In this document: positions 12,571 through 27,264 of the stretch, in pieces | Layout of the letters: every line of letters starts with the position of its first letter | Position numbering within the stretch: position 1 is the first letter of the stretch | Source: Octopus sinensis | Taxonomy: Eukaryota | Reading direction: 5' to 3' | Assembly: GCF_006345805.1 (NCBI RefSeq) | Contig: NC_042998.1 | Location: forward strand, 69,440,001 to 69,504,000 | DNA: 64,000 nucleotides | Notes under the pieces: model-generated | Databases searched by the model: none | The model's input: the letters and a program-made list of their open reading frames with translations, nothing else | What the model was told of the DNA's origin: nothing | Position numbers and translations under genes: made by a program

Positions 12571-13438
12571 TCATGGCCCTCTGTTGGTTGCGACGACAAG
12601 GGTTCCACTTGATCCAATCAACGGAACTGCCTGCCCGTGAAATTAATGTGCAAGTGGCTGAGCACTCCACAATTATGTGCGCCCTTAAAGTAGTTCTCGG
12701 GGAGAAACAGCATGACACAGAGTGTGACAAGGCTGGCCCTTTGAAATATGGGTACAACAGAAACAGGAAGAAAGAGTGAGAGAAAGTTATGGTGAAAGAA
12801 TACAGTAGGGTTTTGCCACCAACCCCTGTCGGAGCCTCGTGAAATGTTAGGTGTTTTTGCTCAATAAACACTCACAACGCCCAGTCTGAGAATCGAAACT
12901 GCGATCCTACTATCATGAGCCCTCTGCCCTAACTACTGGGCCTCCACTTTATATATATATATATATATATATAAATACACACACACACACTCACAGATAA
13001 TAAAGACCCCCTTCAGTCAAGAATGACCTTGGGATTGCACCTAAAATATTACCCTCTGAGACACAAGTCTAGAAAAGGTTGTTTATGGAAGACCAGCAGT
13101 CACCCATGCATACCAGCCTCTCTTCTCAACACCACTTATATTTACCAAGGGAAAGGTAAAGGGACCAATACAGCTTAGCACCAGTGATGTCGCAACTCAT
13201 TTCTACAGCTAAGTGAACTGAAGCAACGTGGAATAAAGTGTCTTCTTCAAAAAAAAACAACACACAGCTTGGTCCAGAAATCGAACTCACTACCTCATGA
13301 TTGCAAGCCTAACACTAACCACTGAGCCATGTACCTTGACCAGTGTCTTGCTCAAAAACATGGCACAGCCAGGTCTGGGAATTGAACTCACTACCTCATG
13401 ATTGAGCCTGATGCTCTAACCACTAAGCATATATATAT

Positions 13439-13832
13439 GGCGCAGGAGTGGCTGTGTGGTAAGTAGCTTGCTAACCAACCACATGGTTCCGGGTTCAGTC
13501 CCACTGCGTGGCATCTTGGGCAAGTGTCTTCTGCTATAGCCCCGGGCCGACCAATGCCTTGTGAGTGGATTTGGTAGACGGAAACTGAATGAAGCCTGTC
13601 GTATATATGTATTGTATGTGTGTGTGTGTGTCTGTGTTTGTCCCCCTAGCATTGCTTGACAACCGATGCTGGTGTGTTTACGTCCCCGTCACTTAGCGGT
13701 TCGGCAAAAGAGACCGATAGAATAAGTACTGGGCTTACAAAGAATAAGTCCCAGGGTCGATTTGCTTGACTAAAGGCGGTGCTCCAGCATGGCTGCAGTC
13801 AGATGACTGAAACAAGTATAAGAGTAAAAGAG
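13439..13832 (+). mobile_element. Full-length tRNA-derived SINE, family A (most abundant; other copies near 4570, 10845, 14487, 15060, 33838, 35270, 39828, 49483, 51160, 52700)
   Basis: A-box-like TGGCTGTGTGG, B-box-like GGTTCAGTCCC, internal TA/TG microsatellite, tail GGCGGTGCTCCAGCATGG..CAGTC..ATGACTGAAAC and (AAGAGT)n end. Confidence 0.9.
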
Positions 13833-13992
13833 TGTATATATATATACGCACACACACATACATATATATATATATACACACACCCATATATATATACATA
13901 CACTTACATACATACAGGATATATATATATATATATACCCAATGCCACCTGACTGGCTCCTGTGCTGGTGGCACTAAAAAAGCACCATTCAA

Positions 13993-14044
<52 letters not shown>

Positions 14045-14086
14045 CTATAATTCCGTATTTAAACATTATTTCCTTAAATAAACTTG

Positions 14087-14130
<44 letters not shown>

Positions 14131-14169
14131 CTTTTTTACAGTAGGTCAAAATTTATATTATTTGCCCAC

Positions 14170-14400
14170 AGCTCTTCAATATCCTCCCAAAAAGCCTGAG
14201 AAACCTACATGGGAGCTCTTGATGAACCTACCTCATGGTAGGAAGCGCAGATGAGGGCAGCAACATCAAACTCCCTCATTCAACAAATGCCACATGTCAG
14301 AGAGGGTTTCAAGTAGTGAAGGTGCAGCAAAGCTAGTGGTGGTGCCCCAGCATGGTCACAGCTCTTGGACTGAAACTAGTAAAAGAATTAATAAAAAAAA
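14170..14400 (+). mobile_element. Second, internally deleted copy of the same CR1/L2-type LINE 3' end
   Basis: Shares gatgaacctacctca...gcaacatcaaactcc and the ggtggtgccccagcatgg tail with 5200-5450. Confidence 0.75.
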
Positions 14401-16606
14401 TAATTGACTAAAACAATCATTCATATTTAAAATAAAAAGCAGAAGAATCCTAAACTTCGCAAAGAGCTCATAATTTAATGACAGTCAGAGGAGTGGCTGT
14501 GTAGTAAGTAGCTTGCTTACCAACCACATGGTTCCGGGTTCATTCCCACAATGTGGCACCTTGGGCAATTGTCTTCGACTATAGCCTCAGGTCGACCAAA
14601 GCCTTGTGAGTGGATTTGGTAGACAGAAACTGAAAGAAGCCCATCGTATATATGTGTATATATATATATATATATAATCCAAACATGAACAAACAAGAAA
14701 AAATAACATGAGGACGTGGAATAAGTACAGTGTTATTGGAAAGGAAAGAGGATTTCACATTTTGAGTGGAGCTCTCCATCAGAAATATAGAAAAAGTCCA
14801 AAGAAGGGAAGACGGAGAAAGATGTCTGTGTGTGTGTGTGTGTGTGTGTGTATATGCTTGTGTGTCTGTGTTTGTTCCCCCAACATCACTTGATAACCAA
14901 TGCTGGTGTGTTTACGTTCCCGTAACTTAGCAGTTCGGCAGAATAAGTATTAAGCTTATAAAGAATAAGTCCCGGGGTCAATTTGCTCAACTGAAGGTGG
15001 TGCTCCAGCATGGCCACAGTCAAATGACTAAAACAAGTAAAAGAGTCAACAATTGTTGAGAGGAATTGTATTATGAACTGTTGGTGATCTCTTAGCTTTT
15101 ACTTGTTTCAGTCCTTAGACTTGGACCATGCTGGAGCATTGCCTTGAATTTTTAGTCAAAGAAATCAACACCAGTATTTTTTTAAACCTGGTACTTATTC
15201 TATTGATGTTTTTTGCTGAACCGCTAAGTTATGGGGGTGTAAACAAACCAACACTGGTTGTCAAGTGGTGTGGGGTTTGAGGACAAACACTGACACAAAA
15301 ATATACATGTATGTATATATATTCTTTCAGTTTCCATCTACCAAATCCACTCACAAGGCTTTGGTCGACCCAGACTTTAGTAGAAGATACTTGATCAAGG
15401 TGCCATGCAGTGGAACTGAACCCAGAACCATGTGGTTGGAAAGCAAACTTCTTACCACACAGCCATGATATCTGTTTTTTATATTAAATAAATAAAATAT
15501 ACACACTCATACCCATACAAATTTAGTGTCTCTCCATGTGATAATAGGCCCATGAGGGTCATTTTCTGTAGCTTGAAACAAGGATTGAACTATTTGGGTT
15601 CAATGTTGTTAGAGAATTCTTCAAGATTTACTCAACCCTTGCTTCCAAATTGCTAGAAATCCAAGCAGAAGTTTATTAACATATAAACAAAACAAGTTCC
15701 TTTATATAAAAGTACAAGATCGACATCTCAACAGTAAATACTAAAATATGTGTGGGTTAGGTTACAATGTGGAGACTCGTCATTCACAAACTGCCAAAAT
15801 CGTTCCTGTGAGTCTAATTTCACAATGAAAGTAAATACAGAAATATAAATTAATAGATTTATCTAATCCTAACCCATACCGTATTGGTACTCAAGTAGTT
15901 TTCTTACATAGACAATGGTAGGAAAGTCCTGGAATGTTAAAACGTTGACAGTCTCCCTCAAAATATGCACAGTAAAATAACCTCCCACATTTTTCAAGTT
16001 GACAAATGTTTCAACAACAAACATAAGATGTGCATCAATTGAAACTATGATAGTAACTGAACCAAAAACGGTAAACCATTAGCTACATCAGAACATGATT
16101 ATTATTTGCCTATCTTCACTAGTATCACACTAGCACCTGTATAAAATATGGGAGGTTTTTCTGCCCCACCCTGTATTTAGATGTGTTGTTTTAGGTTTTG
16201 CAATACTTAATCTACATAGAATTAATTAGAGTTGAATCAATAAAAACCATTATAATTAATTAGTACAGAATAGCTATAGACCTTTACGGATATATCCAAT
16301 TAGTATGATACAGTGAAATACACTAGTACCAAAATAAGTGGTGTACAAAATATTTAATTTCAACCAGATGTACAATAAATCTGACACTTCCTTGAGTTTA
16401 TTCCAAACACAAAGATAATTCATACCATAATGTATTCACTTCCTACACAGAGGTCGTGTAACATCACCATAAAACAGTGTTCAGCAAAACCTATTTAAAC
16501 AATCCAACCAGTGAGGGGGCCAATCAATGAGGCTACTGCTATGTAGTTGCTTGACAGGGTAGAAATAGCAACCAAGTCTCCCTCAAACAACACTCCATTA
16601 CATTAA

Positions 16607-16818
16607 CTCTTCAACATCCAGATTACTCTGTCAAATGTAATGCTTATTTATTCACATCATTTTTAATTATCATCTCATAGCTTTGAGATTTCAATAATGT
16701 GATTGTTTATTTTTACAATGACATTGTAGAGTAGGTGTGAGAGGCTAGATCTGGTTGGTTTGATCATAAAACAAGTACAGTATTTGTACCTGATATAGCC
16801 AGTTTAAATGCTAAAGAG
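16607..16818. mobile_element. piggyBac-type MITE, same family
   Basis: TTAA|CTCTTC...CTAAAGAG|TTAA; internal similarity to 27561-27780. Confidence 0.75.
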
Positions 16819-16877
16819 TTAAAGGAGGAAAGGATACGTTAGCTAATCCAGTCCTATATTAACATAGCAATAATACT

Positions 16878-16998
16878 TTATGTTGTGTCTGGGGAGAGTC
16901 ATTCTCTTTTAGTGCCTTATTATTTAACACACTCACCGGTAAAATTTCCACTTATTTCTTATTTTCTAAAAGAGAATGACTCCCCAGACACAACATAA
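16878..16998. mobile_element. Small MITE-like hairpin
   Basis: TTATGTTGTGTCTGGGGAG(AG)TCATTCTCTTTT and its reverse complement bracket about 55 bp. Confidence 0.6.
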
Positions 16999-18376
16999 TA
17001 TGCTTCAACACACGAACTCATATAAAGAATCTTGCAAACCAAATCCCAAAACGAAATTAATACTTTAGATAATGCAGTACAACTAAAATGATGGAATGTT
17101 CATGATTGGAATCTCCTTTCATCATAGATCAACTACAAGATGAAGGTTGAGCTAAGACTAAACAATAAGAACCAGCAAAACCTATGACCATATGTTCAGT
17201 GTAATGTAACCATTTCACTGTAAGCATGATAGTTGTCAGCTTCATGAAAATGCATGTCACACCACCACCAACCAATACATCCCACTTCCCTGTGCAATAA
17301 AACTTTACATCAGCAGCAGTGGGGTAGTGGGTTATGTTGCAGCATTTAGCAAATATAAAGTGACTAACAACTTCTTCAGTGTTTCTCTATCAATGTCATG
17401 CACCTTAAAGGATAAGATAACACATCAATGAGAAAGAGAGAGACTCTTGGTAGCCATTCCATCTGTTAGAAATAGCAGACAAATCTCCATTTTTCATCCT
17501 TCCATCTTAAGAAAAAAGAAACATTGGATAGTGTAGTCTTAAATAAATGAGATTTTAAATATTAAAAAAAAAAAAAAGATGAGACAGTCATAGCTGGGAT
17601 GTCTTTGATTAGAGGTTAGCTTGATGAGGGCTCACTCGGGGCTAAGAAACAACATGGGTAAGATGTCAAATGAGTTGGTTTCAGACCATGAATTCATAAT
17701 AAACTTGCTTCCTATTATGCAGAAGAAGCTTGGAGCCAACAGACATGGGAAAACCACCCAGACTAATGATGTCTGCATAATTGTTATTCACCATGGATTT
17801 CTACAGAGACTGTTGTTGCTATTGATGCTTAACCCTAGGCCAACCCTGAAAGGACAGATATGTGATTGAAGGTGTTTCTGTTATGAACATCTTGTCTTTT
17901 ATTTGGACACACTATGTTAAGTGTTACATTATTTCAATGTATCCTTCTGTTTTGGGGGGGGGGGGTTTGAGATGGTATGATATGAGTTGAAGATTATTTA
18001 GTTACTATTCCTAACAGGTCAAGTGGCCACAGAAAGGTTCCTTCAGATGACAAAAGTTGTTGTCATTTGTGTTTAACCCCTGGTCAGCTCTGACACAGTA
18101 GACAGACTTATGACTAAAGATGCTCCACCTATGACTGAAACATCTTTAATCATAAGTCATACTAGACAAAATGCTTGGCTGCCAAACATGTTTTTGTTTT
18201 CTGAGTTCAAATATGACCAAGAGTGACTTTGCCTTTCATCTTCCTGGGGTCAATAAGCTAAGTACTAGTTGAGCACTAGGGTTGATGTAATTGACTAGTC
18301 CCTACCCCCAAAATTTCAGGCCCTTTCTACTATAGGCATAAGGGCCTGTCATCGTTATTATTATTTAAAACATTAG

Positions 18377-18598
18377 CTCTCTAGCATTCAGATCACTCTG
18401 TCAAATGTGATGCTTATTCATTCAAATCGTTTTGAATTAATGATGCAGGATGATGTAGTTTCAGGATTTTTATGGTGTGATCGTTTTAGCTTTAGAATGA
18501 CATTGTAGGGTCGGTGTGAGAGGCTAGATCTGGCCAATTTGAACATAAAACAAAGAAGAATATTTGGGCTGGATATGGCTAGTTTGAATGCTAAAGAG
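18377..18598. mobile_element. piggyBac-type MITE, same family
   Basis: TTAG|CTCTCTAGCATTCAG...CTAAAGAG|TTAA; internal similarity to the other two copies. Confidence 0.7.
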
Positions 18599-19945
18599 TT
18601 AAGGTGGTGAACTGATGGAATCATTACTGCACCAGATGATGGTGCTTAGTGGCATTTCGTCCATCTTTGTCTTCTGAATTCAAATTCTATTACCATTGAC
18701 TTTACCTTTTGGGATCAATGGAATAAGTACCGGCTGAGCACTGGGGTTGATGTAATTTACTTGCCTTCTTCCCTAAAGAATTTCAGGCCCTTGCGATTGT
18801 AGTGGAAAGGATTATTATTAAAAGCTTTCATCTGAACCTCAAGGGTATGCCCTGGCACTTGCCACTATATCTCTTTCTTCCTTTACTCAACCATCTCATT
18901 TATACTCTGATCTCTGTTCCTTGCGAGTATGCCTGGCATTTTGTCACCATCTCCATCCTGCGGTTTCCCACTCTCTCTTTCTCTTCCTGCACTTCCCTCA
19001 GGTTGGGTGACCATGTATTTTCTTAGCAGTAGCACACCTATTTCTGTCTTCATCCCTGATCTTTCTCTCTCCAGCCGAGTAACCTTGTACTTCCTCTACG
19101 GCAAGACACCTGTATCTGTCTCACTACCACCTTTTCATCATCACCTCCTTCAATGCCTCTTCCCCTCTTAAAAGTTTTTGTCATGCAAGTACTTGGTGAC
19201 CCTGTCAGTGCAGGTGCCACTTAAAAGCACCACTGTAAAGTGGTTGGTGTTCAGAAGGGCATCCAGCTGCAAAAACTTTGCCAAAACTCACCTCGCCTGT
19301 GCTCGTGCCATGTAAAAAGCATTAAGTCCACTCTGCTGAATGGTTGGTGTTAGGAAAGGCATCCAGCTGTAAAAATCCTGCCAAAACAGTCACAAAAGTC
19401 TGGTGTAGGCTTTGGCTTGGCTGGCTCTTGTGGTAGCATCTCACCCATGCTAGCATGGAACACAGACGTTAAATGATGATGATGATGCAAGCTCTGTACC
19501 TAAATTCACATAATTAATTTGACTATCGTTAGAGCTGTATGGTCATATGGGTTTGTGATGCCCAATATTTATAGAATGGGGTGAAGTTGTATGTTCTTCA
19601 CAAAAGAAGATAGAGGGGACAAAGAGAGAGAGAGAGTTGGGTGTCTTTGTGCTACTGAAGGGAACTAGATTGTCATGCCTCCCTTTTCAGAATGTTATCA
19701 AGTGCTTTGATTCATAGACAGAGAATTAATCCAAGGAGTCTATGAAAATATGTGTATATTGAGAGTTTCTATATTTGGTTCCCTCCTCTCTCTCTATCCA
19801 TGCTTCCCTATATCTCCCTAGGTATGTTTATGTTAAGGGTTTACAAGGGTCTTATATTTAATTGGATCTATAAATAAGGGTGGCCTAACAGTTATTTTAT
19901 GTTATTACTAAATTAGAGTGAATAACTCTTGGTGTAATCTGAGTG

Positions 19946-19979
<34 letters not shown>

Positions 19980-21282
19980 CACACACATGCACAGAAGGCT
20001 AATTTGCTGGTGTAATGGTAAAACACTTAGCCGCGTTAACAAAGGGATGTGGTTCAACCCCCATGCAAATAGGAAAACCTTTTCTATGTTGAGGGCTTAT
20101 ATACCCCTTTATTAGACTATTTTCCTTAGTCATTACATGGTGATCGCCATAAGCTTTAAGCTTATATAAAAATACCATTATTTTTATAGGATTGTAAACA
20201 CGCCGCCATATAAAAAAAACCATTTGCACCAAAAGCATATTATAGATAAGGAATCTTGCATGTCTAGTGCTTTTTCATTTGTCAGAGTGTCGGAGACATT
20301 CTCCAGGGCTGTAAAAATAATCTCCTGTATAAGTGTCACTTATCACTAAATAAATAAACATACTCTCTACCTGATGTATTGAGTACCTTACTTTAATTAT
20401 GGTTCCCTTCACATCTAATGGAATCTTCAACTACTATTGTGTGTGTGTGTAGTTTGAGCCTTTTACACAATGTATCAGTGAATGCTCAGATATATTTATT
20501 TTAAGAAAAGTCCAAAGTCTTCTCAGTGTTGTCCTGGGTCTCTGAACTGTTCACTCTTTATCATTCTGGTCTAAGGACTCAAAGACTCAACTTATGACAT
20601 AAGAAAAACATGCAAGCACACACACACACACACTTGTTTTAGTCCTTTGACTGGAGTCATGCTGGAGCAACTACCTTGAAGCAGTGCCTAGTTTTTCTAA
20701 ATCCGGTACTTATTGTTTTAATCCCTTTTACTGATCCGCTAAGTCAGAGATGCAAAAAAGCACCAACTGTAAAGTGGTGGTAGTGGTGGTGGGGGGGGCG
20801 CACAAATACAAACACTTCCACACAGTTTCCATCTAACAAATTCACTCACATGGCCCAGGGTTATTAGGAGAGATTTGCCCAAGGTGCTGTACAGTAGGAT
20901 TGAAACCAAAACAACAAATTTGCAAAGCAAGCTTCTTAACCACACAACTATGCCAAAGCACGTTTGTACACACACACACACACACATATAGGTTCAAGTG
21001 TCCTAGTACGAGTGATGAGGTGTCTGTTTTCATGGAAGCTTGAAATACTGAGAATGTGTTCCATTTACCTTAGAAGAATTCTCACTTAAATATCATTGTT
21101 GGCATCACCGTTATTTCACTACATTAGTGTGTGTGTGTACACACACATACACACACTATATTGTGTGTGTGTATAATGATGATGAAGATGATGATGTGTG
21201 TGTGTGTGTGTGGGTGTGTAAGCTCATTTGTTGTCTGAAACAATTTTCCCTTAAATATTCATATTTACACTTTACACATTGA

Positions 21283-21313
<31 letters not shown>

Positions 21314-24300
21314 GGGGGGAAGAGAGAGAGAGAGAGTAGCATATAAATGTGATCTGAAAATCCAGTGTTTGTGCCAAGATTTCAGCTTGTGTTGCCGTTG
21401 TCTTCACATTCCACAGAAACTGTCTAGATATTGGAGCGGTATTTGATGTGACAACTCTGACACAGATGCATTGATCTAAATTGGTCAACGACAGGATTAG
21501 AATAAATTCTTTTGTCAATTGAAATGACAATGTGCAAACATTATTTTGTTTGCATGGTGGATTCATTTCCTACGTGTGGTGTAAACACTTTGTGTTGGTA
21601 AATATGTATACTCTGAGCATCTTAATGTTTGCTTAAAACCTTATGAATATATGCATTTATATATGTGTTTGCGTGAATGTCTAAGTGTCTGTGTGTGTGT
21701 GTGTTTGAGAGAGAGATTTTATGGCTTAATGAACGGAAGCAGGGCCTTAACAAAATTTGTTCAGCAATTAAAAAGAGAAACCTGTATTAATGACATTTAA
21801 TAAGTGACTTTTAAGCATTTACAAACTTGTTCCACTTACAATGGGACACATCTATTTTTCTATTTTCTTTCATTGTTTTGCTTTCATTATCAATTCCACA
21901 GTTATATGTACCTAAAACTAAATTCACCTGAGTGGTGGGGTTCTCATTAACTTGCACAATGTCTTTGAGACAGTTGTGAAGAAGAGAAGAAAAAAAAAGA
22001 AACCTGTACATCATGAATTGTTGCAGCAAACAGCTCTGCTTCAATATAGAGTTATCTCCCCTTCATACCAGAATTATAGTCTGAATACTTCGTCAAACTG
22101 GACTCCAGAACCAGGGGAAGTGAGGGGGATTATAAACAAGACAATGGTTTTGGGCTGCTGCCTGCATATGTGTGTCTTTTTCAGTGCTACTGGTATCATG
22201 TAACTCCAGTATAAACTGTTACATGGTTGGATAATCACTGACTAAATTGGCACCCAACCACGAAGGTAAACTGATCAGGGTGGGTATTAGAAACCCACCA
22301 GGATATACAGGCCCTGTTAAAGGGACTGGCAATTGTTATGGAGACACAAAGATACTCAAGACAGTGAAAGAATGAAATGTGAGAGAATTTGGGATAGAGA
22401 TGGACCCCTGGTTGTTACTTCTTATCAGAACAACTGTGAGGGAGAGGAACAGATAGGGTTCCTTAGCTGTGATGGCCCAACCAATCTCCAGGACTCTCCC
22501 AGTTTGTAGGTGAGTACAGAAAGACAATGCTTAGGGGTGTGTAGTTAGGCTTCTACTGAGTTTTGAACCCACTCACTCAGATCCCTAGTTTAGAACTTCA
22601 GCCCAACTATATTGCCATAAAAGGCAAATGCCAGGTGTGAGCAATTAACTATGATCACCATAAAAATCATTAACACCTTTATAAACAGGATTCAATCAAT
22701 CAGATTGGCAGACATGCTACTATGAGTGGTAGACAAGAGAGTAAGTTTTGTGAGTTTTTCTGCTGAATAGTTCTGACAAAGGTTCTAGAAGTTTGACTAA
22801 ATGTTATAAAAAGCTGAGATATTGAACTCCCAAACAGAACTTCGAGTGCTACACAGGACTCAATCAGTTTTGTGATAGAGTGTTCTCACTCTTCTACTTA
22901 TTCTGAACACTTTTCATACAACTGAATTGAAATATTTTATGCAAAGAAAAATTTTAACTGTCATGTTCACCATCTCATATTCAGATAATTGTTGGATGTA
23001 CGTTAATGTAAATGTTCAGAGTAATAAATATAAAGAAACTTATGTGGTCAGTCACACCTAAACATGTAGCCTATCTAATAATGTGTGCTACTAATGATGT
23101 ATTAGTGACTGAAACCAACAAACATGACAATCCATTGAAGGTGTATATCTCAAGAGGAAAACAAGCTGTGGCAATCAGCTTTAAGGTTGATTCTGACAGA
23201 CTTGATTTCTGGCAACGTCCTTCAGCTTAGGGGAGGCAACAGTCATCTTGGATTACCCTTGCATTTAGGTCTATCTCCTTCACAACTAATGTAGTGATGC
23301 TGGAGATGTGAAGCCACAATGCCATTATAAAGCTTCAAGCACAGGTAGCATCTACCACAACAACAACGACCACACCAGATCCAAGATCTCAGGAGTGGTC
23401 GTTGCTGTTGCAGCAGTTCAAGTATGATGTGCATCTGCAACAATGACATACCACCGCTTCCCATGGTTTCTTCAACAAATGTTGCATATGCAGCAGAAAT
23501 CATATTTGTTCAGTCAGTTGCTTTCTGTCTTTTGTGGCTGTCCTTTAAGAAAAAATACTCATCAATGGCTGTACAATTGAAGAAGATAGAATGGGATTTA
23601 AGGGCTGCAGGATTAAGTGAAAATATAGAGTGAGACCAAAGGTTCCACCATTGAAGAGTTAAAGTTGGATCAAGATATCCATGGCTGAAAGAGTGAATGG
23701 TTATCATGGAATTTGATAGACAACCACAAGACAGTAAAAGTATTTAGCAGTATGTGTACACACACACACACACGTTACTTTAGCCATAGGTGGAGTTTTA
23801 GGGATTTGTATGTAGATGCTACAATGACGTACACATCTCAAAATATTCCTGGTTTAACACATTTAAGATTTACTTTTGGTCGAATCATCAACTGTAAACA
23901 AAGCATTTCCGCTGAAGTTCATTTGGAGTTCATGAAAAACACCTGCAGAATTGTTTATTCCATAATTCTTTTAAAAACATTAAAACTGGTTATTCCATTT
24001 TCAGTTGATGCTTGATGAAAATAAAATCCTGAAAATATCATCATCATCACTTTTGCATGCTTCTGTGGGTCTGACAGAATCTGTTGCAGCAGATTTTCTA
24101 TGGCCTGATGATCTTCCTGTCATCAACCATCACTTGTTTCCAGGCAAGGTAATATTTCCCATGGTCAGGGAGCTGGCAGAAGTGTTAGCACGCTAGGCAA
24201 AATGCTTAATGGTATTTCATCTGTCTTTACATTCTGAGTTCAAATTCCACTGAGGCTGACTTTGCCTTTCATCCTTTCGGGGTTGATGAATTAAGTACTA

Positions 24301-24844
24301 GTTGCATACTAATCAACTGGCCCCCTCCCCAAAATAAGTGACAGGATATTGTGAAAGGAGTGTGATTAGAGGGTGCAGAGAGGGAGTGCAAGTGAATGGC
24401 AAAAACCTGGGTATATAAAGAGTGGTGGGCTACTACTGGATAGCAATGATACAGAGAAACAGGGCCATGGAGGCAGGAATAGTGTATGAAGGAGGAAATG
24501 TGAGGAAGAGATGTGGAGATGTAGATTGGTTTGTTGGGGTAGGGTGTGTGAAAAGTTTTTTTTTACATGTGGGTAGAATACACAGGTTGGGAACTACCGG
24601 ATAGGAATGATACAGTGAGGCAGGGCATGTGGATGGAACACACAGGTCAGGGGCTAACAGACAGCAATGATACAGTGAGACAGGTCCAACAGTACAGGAT
24701 TGGGGAATGGGAAGTAAGCATAGTGGATGAAGTGGAAATGTGAGGAAGAGAAGAGATGTAGAGATATTGTTTGGTTTGTTGGGGTAGGGTGTGTGAGTTC
24801 TCTTGTTAAATGTGGGTGAGACGTACAGCGCTTCTAGAACTCAG

Positions 24845-26005
24845 TTTTGCCAACATGGGTGAGTTTTGTCAAGAACCTCATATTGCCAGACGTCTCAGTC
24901 CATTGTTATTTCCTCTGTGAGGCCCAACATCCTGAAGTCAGTCCTCACCACTTCATTCCACATCTTTCTGGGTATCCCTCTTCCATGGGTACCATCCACA
25001 TTCAGTGATCAGCACTTCTTTATGCAGCTGTCCTCATTCATATGCATCACATGTCCAAACCAACATAGTCTTCTCTCTTGCCTGTTACATTTGATTTCTC
25101 TTATACCCAAATTTTCTTTCAATACATTTGACATATGTATGCACTGATGTTGCACATCCATCACAGTATACTGCCTTCCTTTCTCTCCAGTCTATGCATG
25201 TCTTCTGCATTCAGAGCCCATGCCTCACAACCATGGAGTATAGCCACTGGCACACAACCATCATACAGTCTACCTTTCACTCAGAGAGAGTCCTTTTGTT
25301 GCCAACAGCAGTAATAGCTCTCTGAACTTCCTCCACCTAAATCTTATTCTAGAAACAATACTTTCAGAACATCTGCCACCATGCTAATTTGGTCACCTAG
25401 GTAACAAACTATCTGCAACCTCAAGAGAGCCTCCTGGGCATTTGAGAGAATCTAAGTACCGTGTGCTGCTCTTAGTGCTTATTGCTCCTGCATATCTGCC
25501 ACATACAAAGACTTCTTTATCTGTTAATCTACCTGTGATTCCACTGCACCTCTTAAGTCTCCATAGTTTACACTGGGTGTAACAAATGGAATTTCTTCCA
25601 ACTCTTTTCTTACATATTGAGCAGGGCCATTTACCTGACAGAAAGAGTTTTGTCTTCTTTCTTACTAACAACAACTTTAGTCTTAGCTAGGTTAACTTTA
25701 AGGTCTTTGATTCTAGGTTTTGTTTCCTTACCTGGAATTTCTTCTCCATTTCTGCTAAAGATTCTGCAATAAGAGCAAGGTCATCAGCATATAGCAGTTC
25801 CCAGACACCCAGTTTTGAATTCCTCTGTTATGGCCTGGAGAACTATAATGAATAAGAGTGGGCTGAGAACGGAGCTCTGGTAAACCCCTACCTGTACGCT
25901 AAATTCATCAATGTATTCATAGCTGACTCTTACCTTACTGACAGCTCTAACAAGCCACTCCCTAACTCCTAACTTCCTTAGAGTTATAACAGAGCGGGGA
26001 TATGC
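24845..26005 (-). mobile_element. Decayed RTE-clade LINE (reverse transcriptase to C-terminus)
   Basis: LRKLGVREWLVRAV...VGVYQSSVLSPLLFIIVLQAITEEFKTGC followed by an LLYADDL-like segment, a Cys-rich KWPCSICKK.VG.NSI motif, and GR.IPRKMWNEVVRTD end; frameshifts present. Confidence 0.85.
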
Positions 26006-26542
26006 CTGTGTGTATGAGGGTTCCCCCACTACCACCTAACAACCAGTGTTGGTTTGTTTATGTCCCCTATGACTTGGCAGTTCAGCAAGGGAGATCAATA
26101 GAATAAGTACCAAGCTTTTAAGTACTGGGGTCGATTTATCTGACTAAACATCTTCAATGCAGTGCCCCAGCATGGCCACAGTCTAACGACTGAAACAAAG
26201 GTAAAATAAAAGAGTTGTTGATAAAAAAGGAAGAACATGTTGCATATATTCTAAGCAAAAAAAAAAAAGACTTGATGGTCACAGCTGGAATGTCTGACAC
26301 TAACACTACTACTACCATCACCACCACTATGATACATTTTGCTTGTCCTTTTTCTTCACTTATAATTCTTCCACACATCTCCTCCTCCCCTTCCTCCACT
26401 CCTCCTCCTCTTTTACATCCTTACTACTCTTTCCTTTTGTCTATTTATCAAACTGTCTGTTTCTCCCACTTTTTCTCTCTATCTACCTCTCTCCCTCTGT
26501 TTCTTTCTCACTCTCTCCATCTCCCTTTTCTCTGTCTGTCTG

Positions 26543-26573
<31 letters not shown>

Positions 26574-27213
26574 ACTGTTAAAGAATCACATAACAGTCTG
26601 TGCTAGGTGGAAACTTGAAACAGATGGTGTCGCTATAGTTACATCCCCATCCTCGCTGCTGCCACCACCGTCACACCTCCGCCATCGCCTGCCTGGGACG
26701 ATGAGTCAACACAGAGTTATATCGAAGTCTTTGGCTTTATTTATTAAAATGATGTTACCAAAACATTCTAGGAAACCTTCTCAACACCACCTCCCATAGA
26801 TAAGGCAATTTCTGTGTAGGTAGGTGCATGTGTGTATGCATGTGTGTGTTGACGGAAGTTAGGTATCAAAAGTAAGTGGAATGAAACGGGTGTGAAACCT
26901 TTTGTTATCTTTGGCATCAGTTTGAAGTTGTTTTTTTTTGTAAAAGGAAGAAAAATTTGATGATGATGATGGTGTTTGTGATATTTCTCTATCAGTACAA
27001 TGTCACAAATTGTAGCTAAGGTGATATAGGGGTGATGATGAAGATGGCGATAATGATCACCATGGTGATATTCCTAATATAGGCACAGGGCCTTGAGTTA
27101 TATCAAATAGTGATAATGGCAATGCTAGTAGTAACTATAGTGGTGAAATCTACTGAACCAGTACATTTCCTACTTGCCAGAAGGCTTACTACATCCCTTT
27201 CTTGACTATGATG

Positions 27214-27244
<31 letters not shown>

Positions 27245-27264
27245 CAATAATAATGCCCTGATGC

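Noticed and set aside
24845-24870. Shared tail between this RTE copy and SINE-like family C
   Set aside because: Only ACCCATG matches; too short to claim a LINE-SINE partnership from this window.
26215-26799. 194-aa plus-strand ORF
   Set aside because: Built largely from CT-rich low-complexity sequence; no recognisable domain, and not the missing ankyrin exon.
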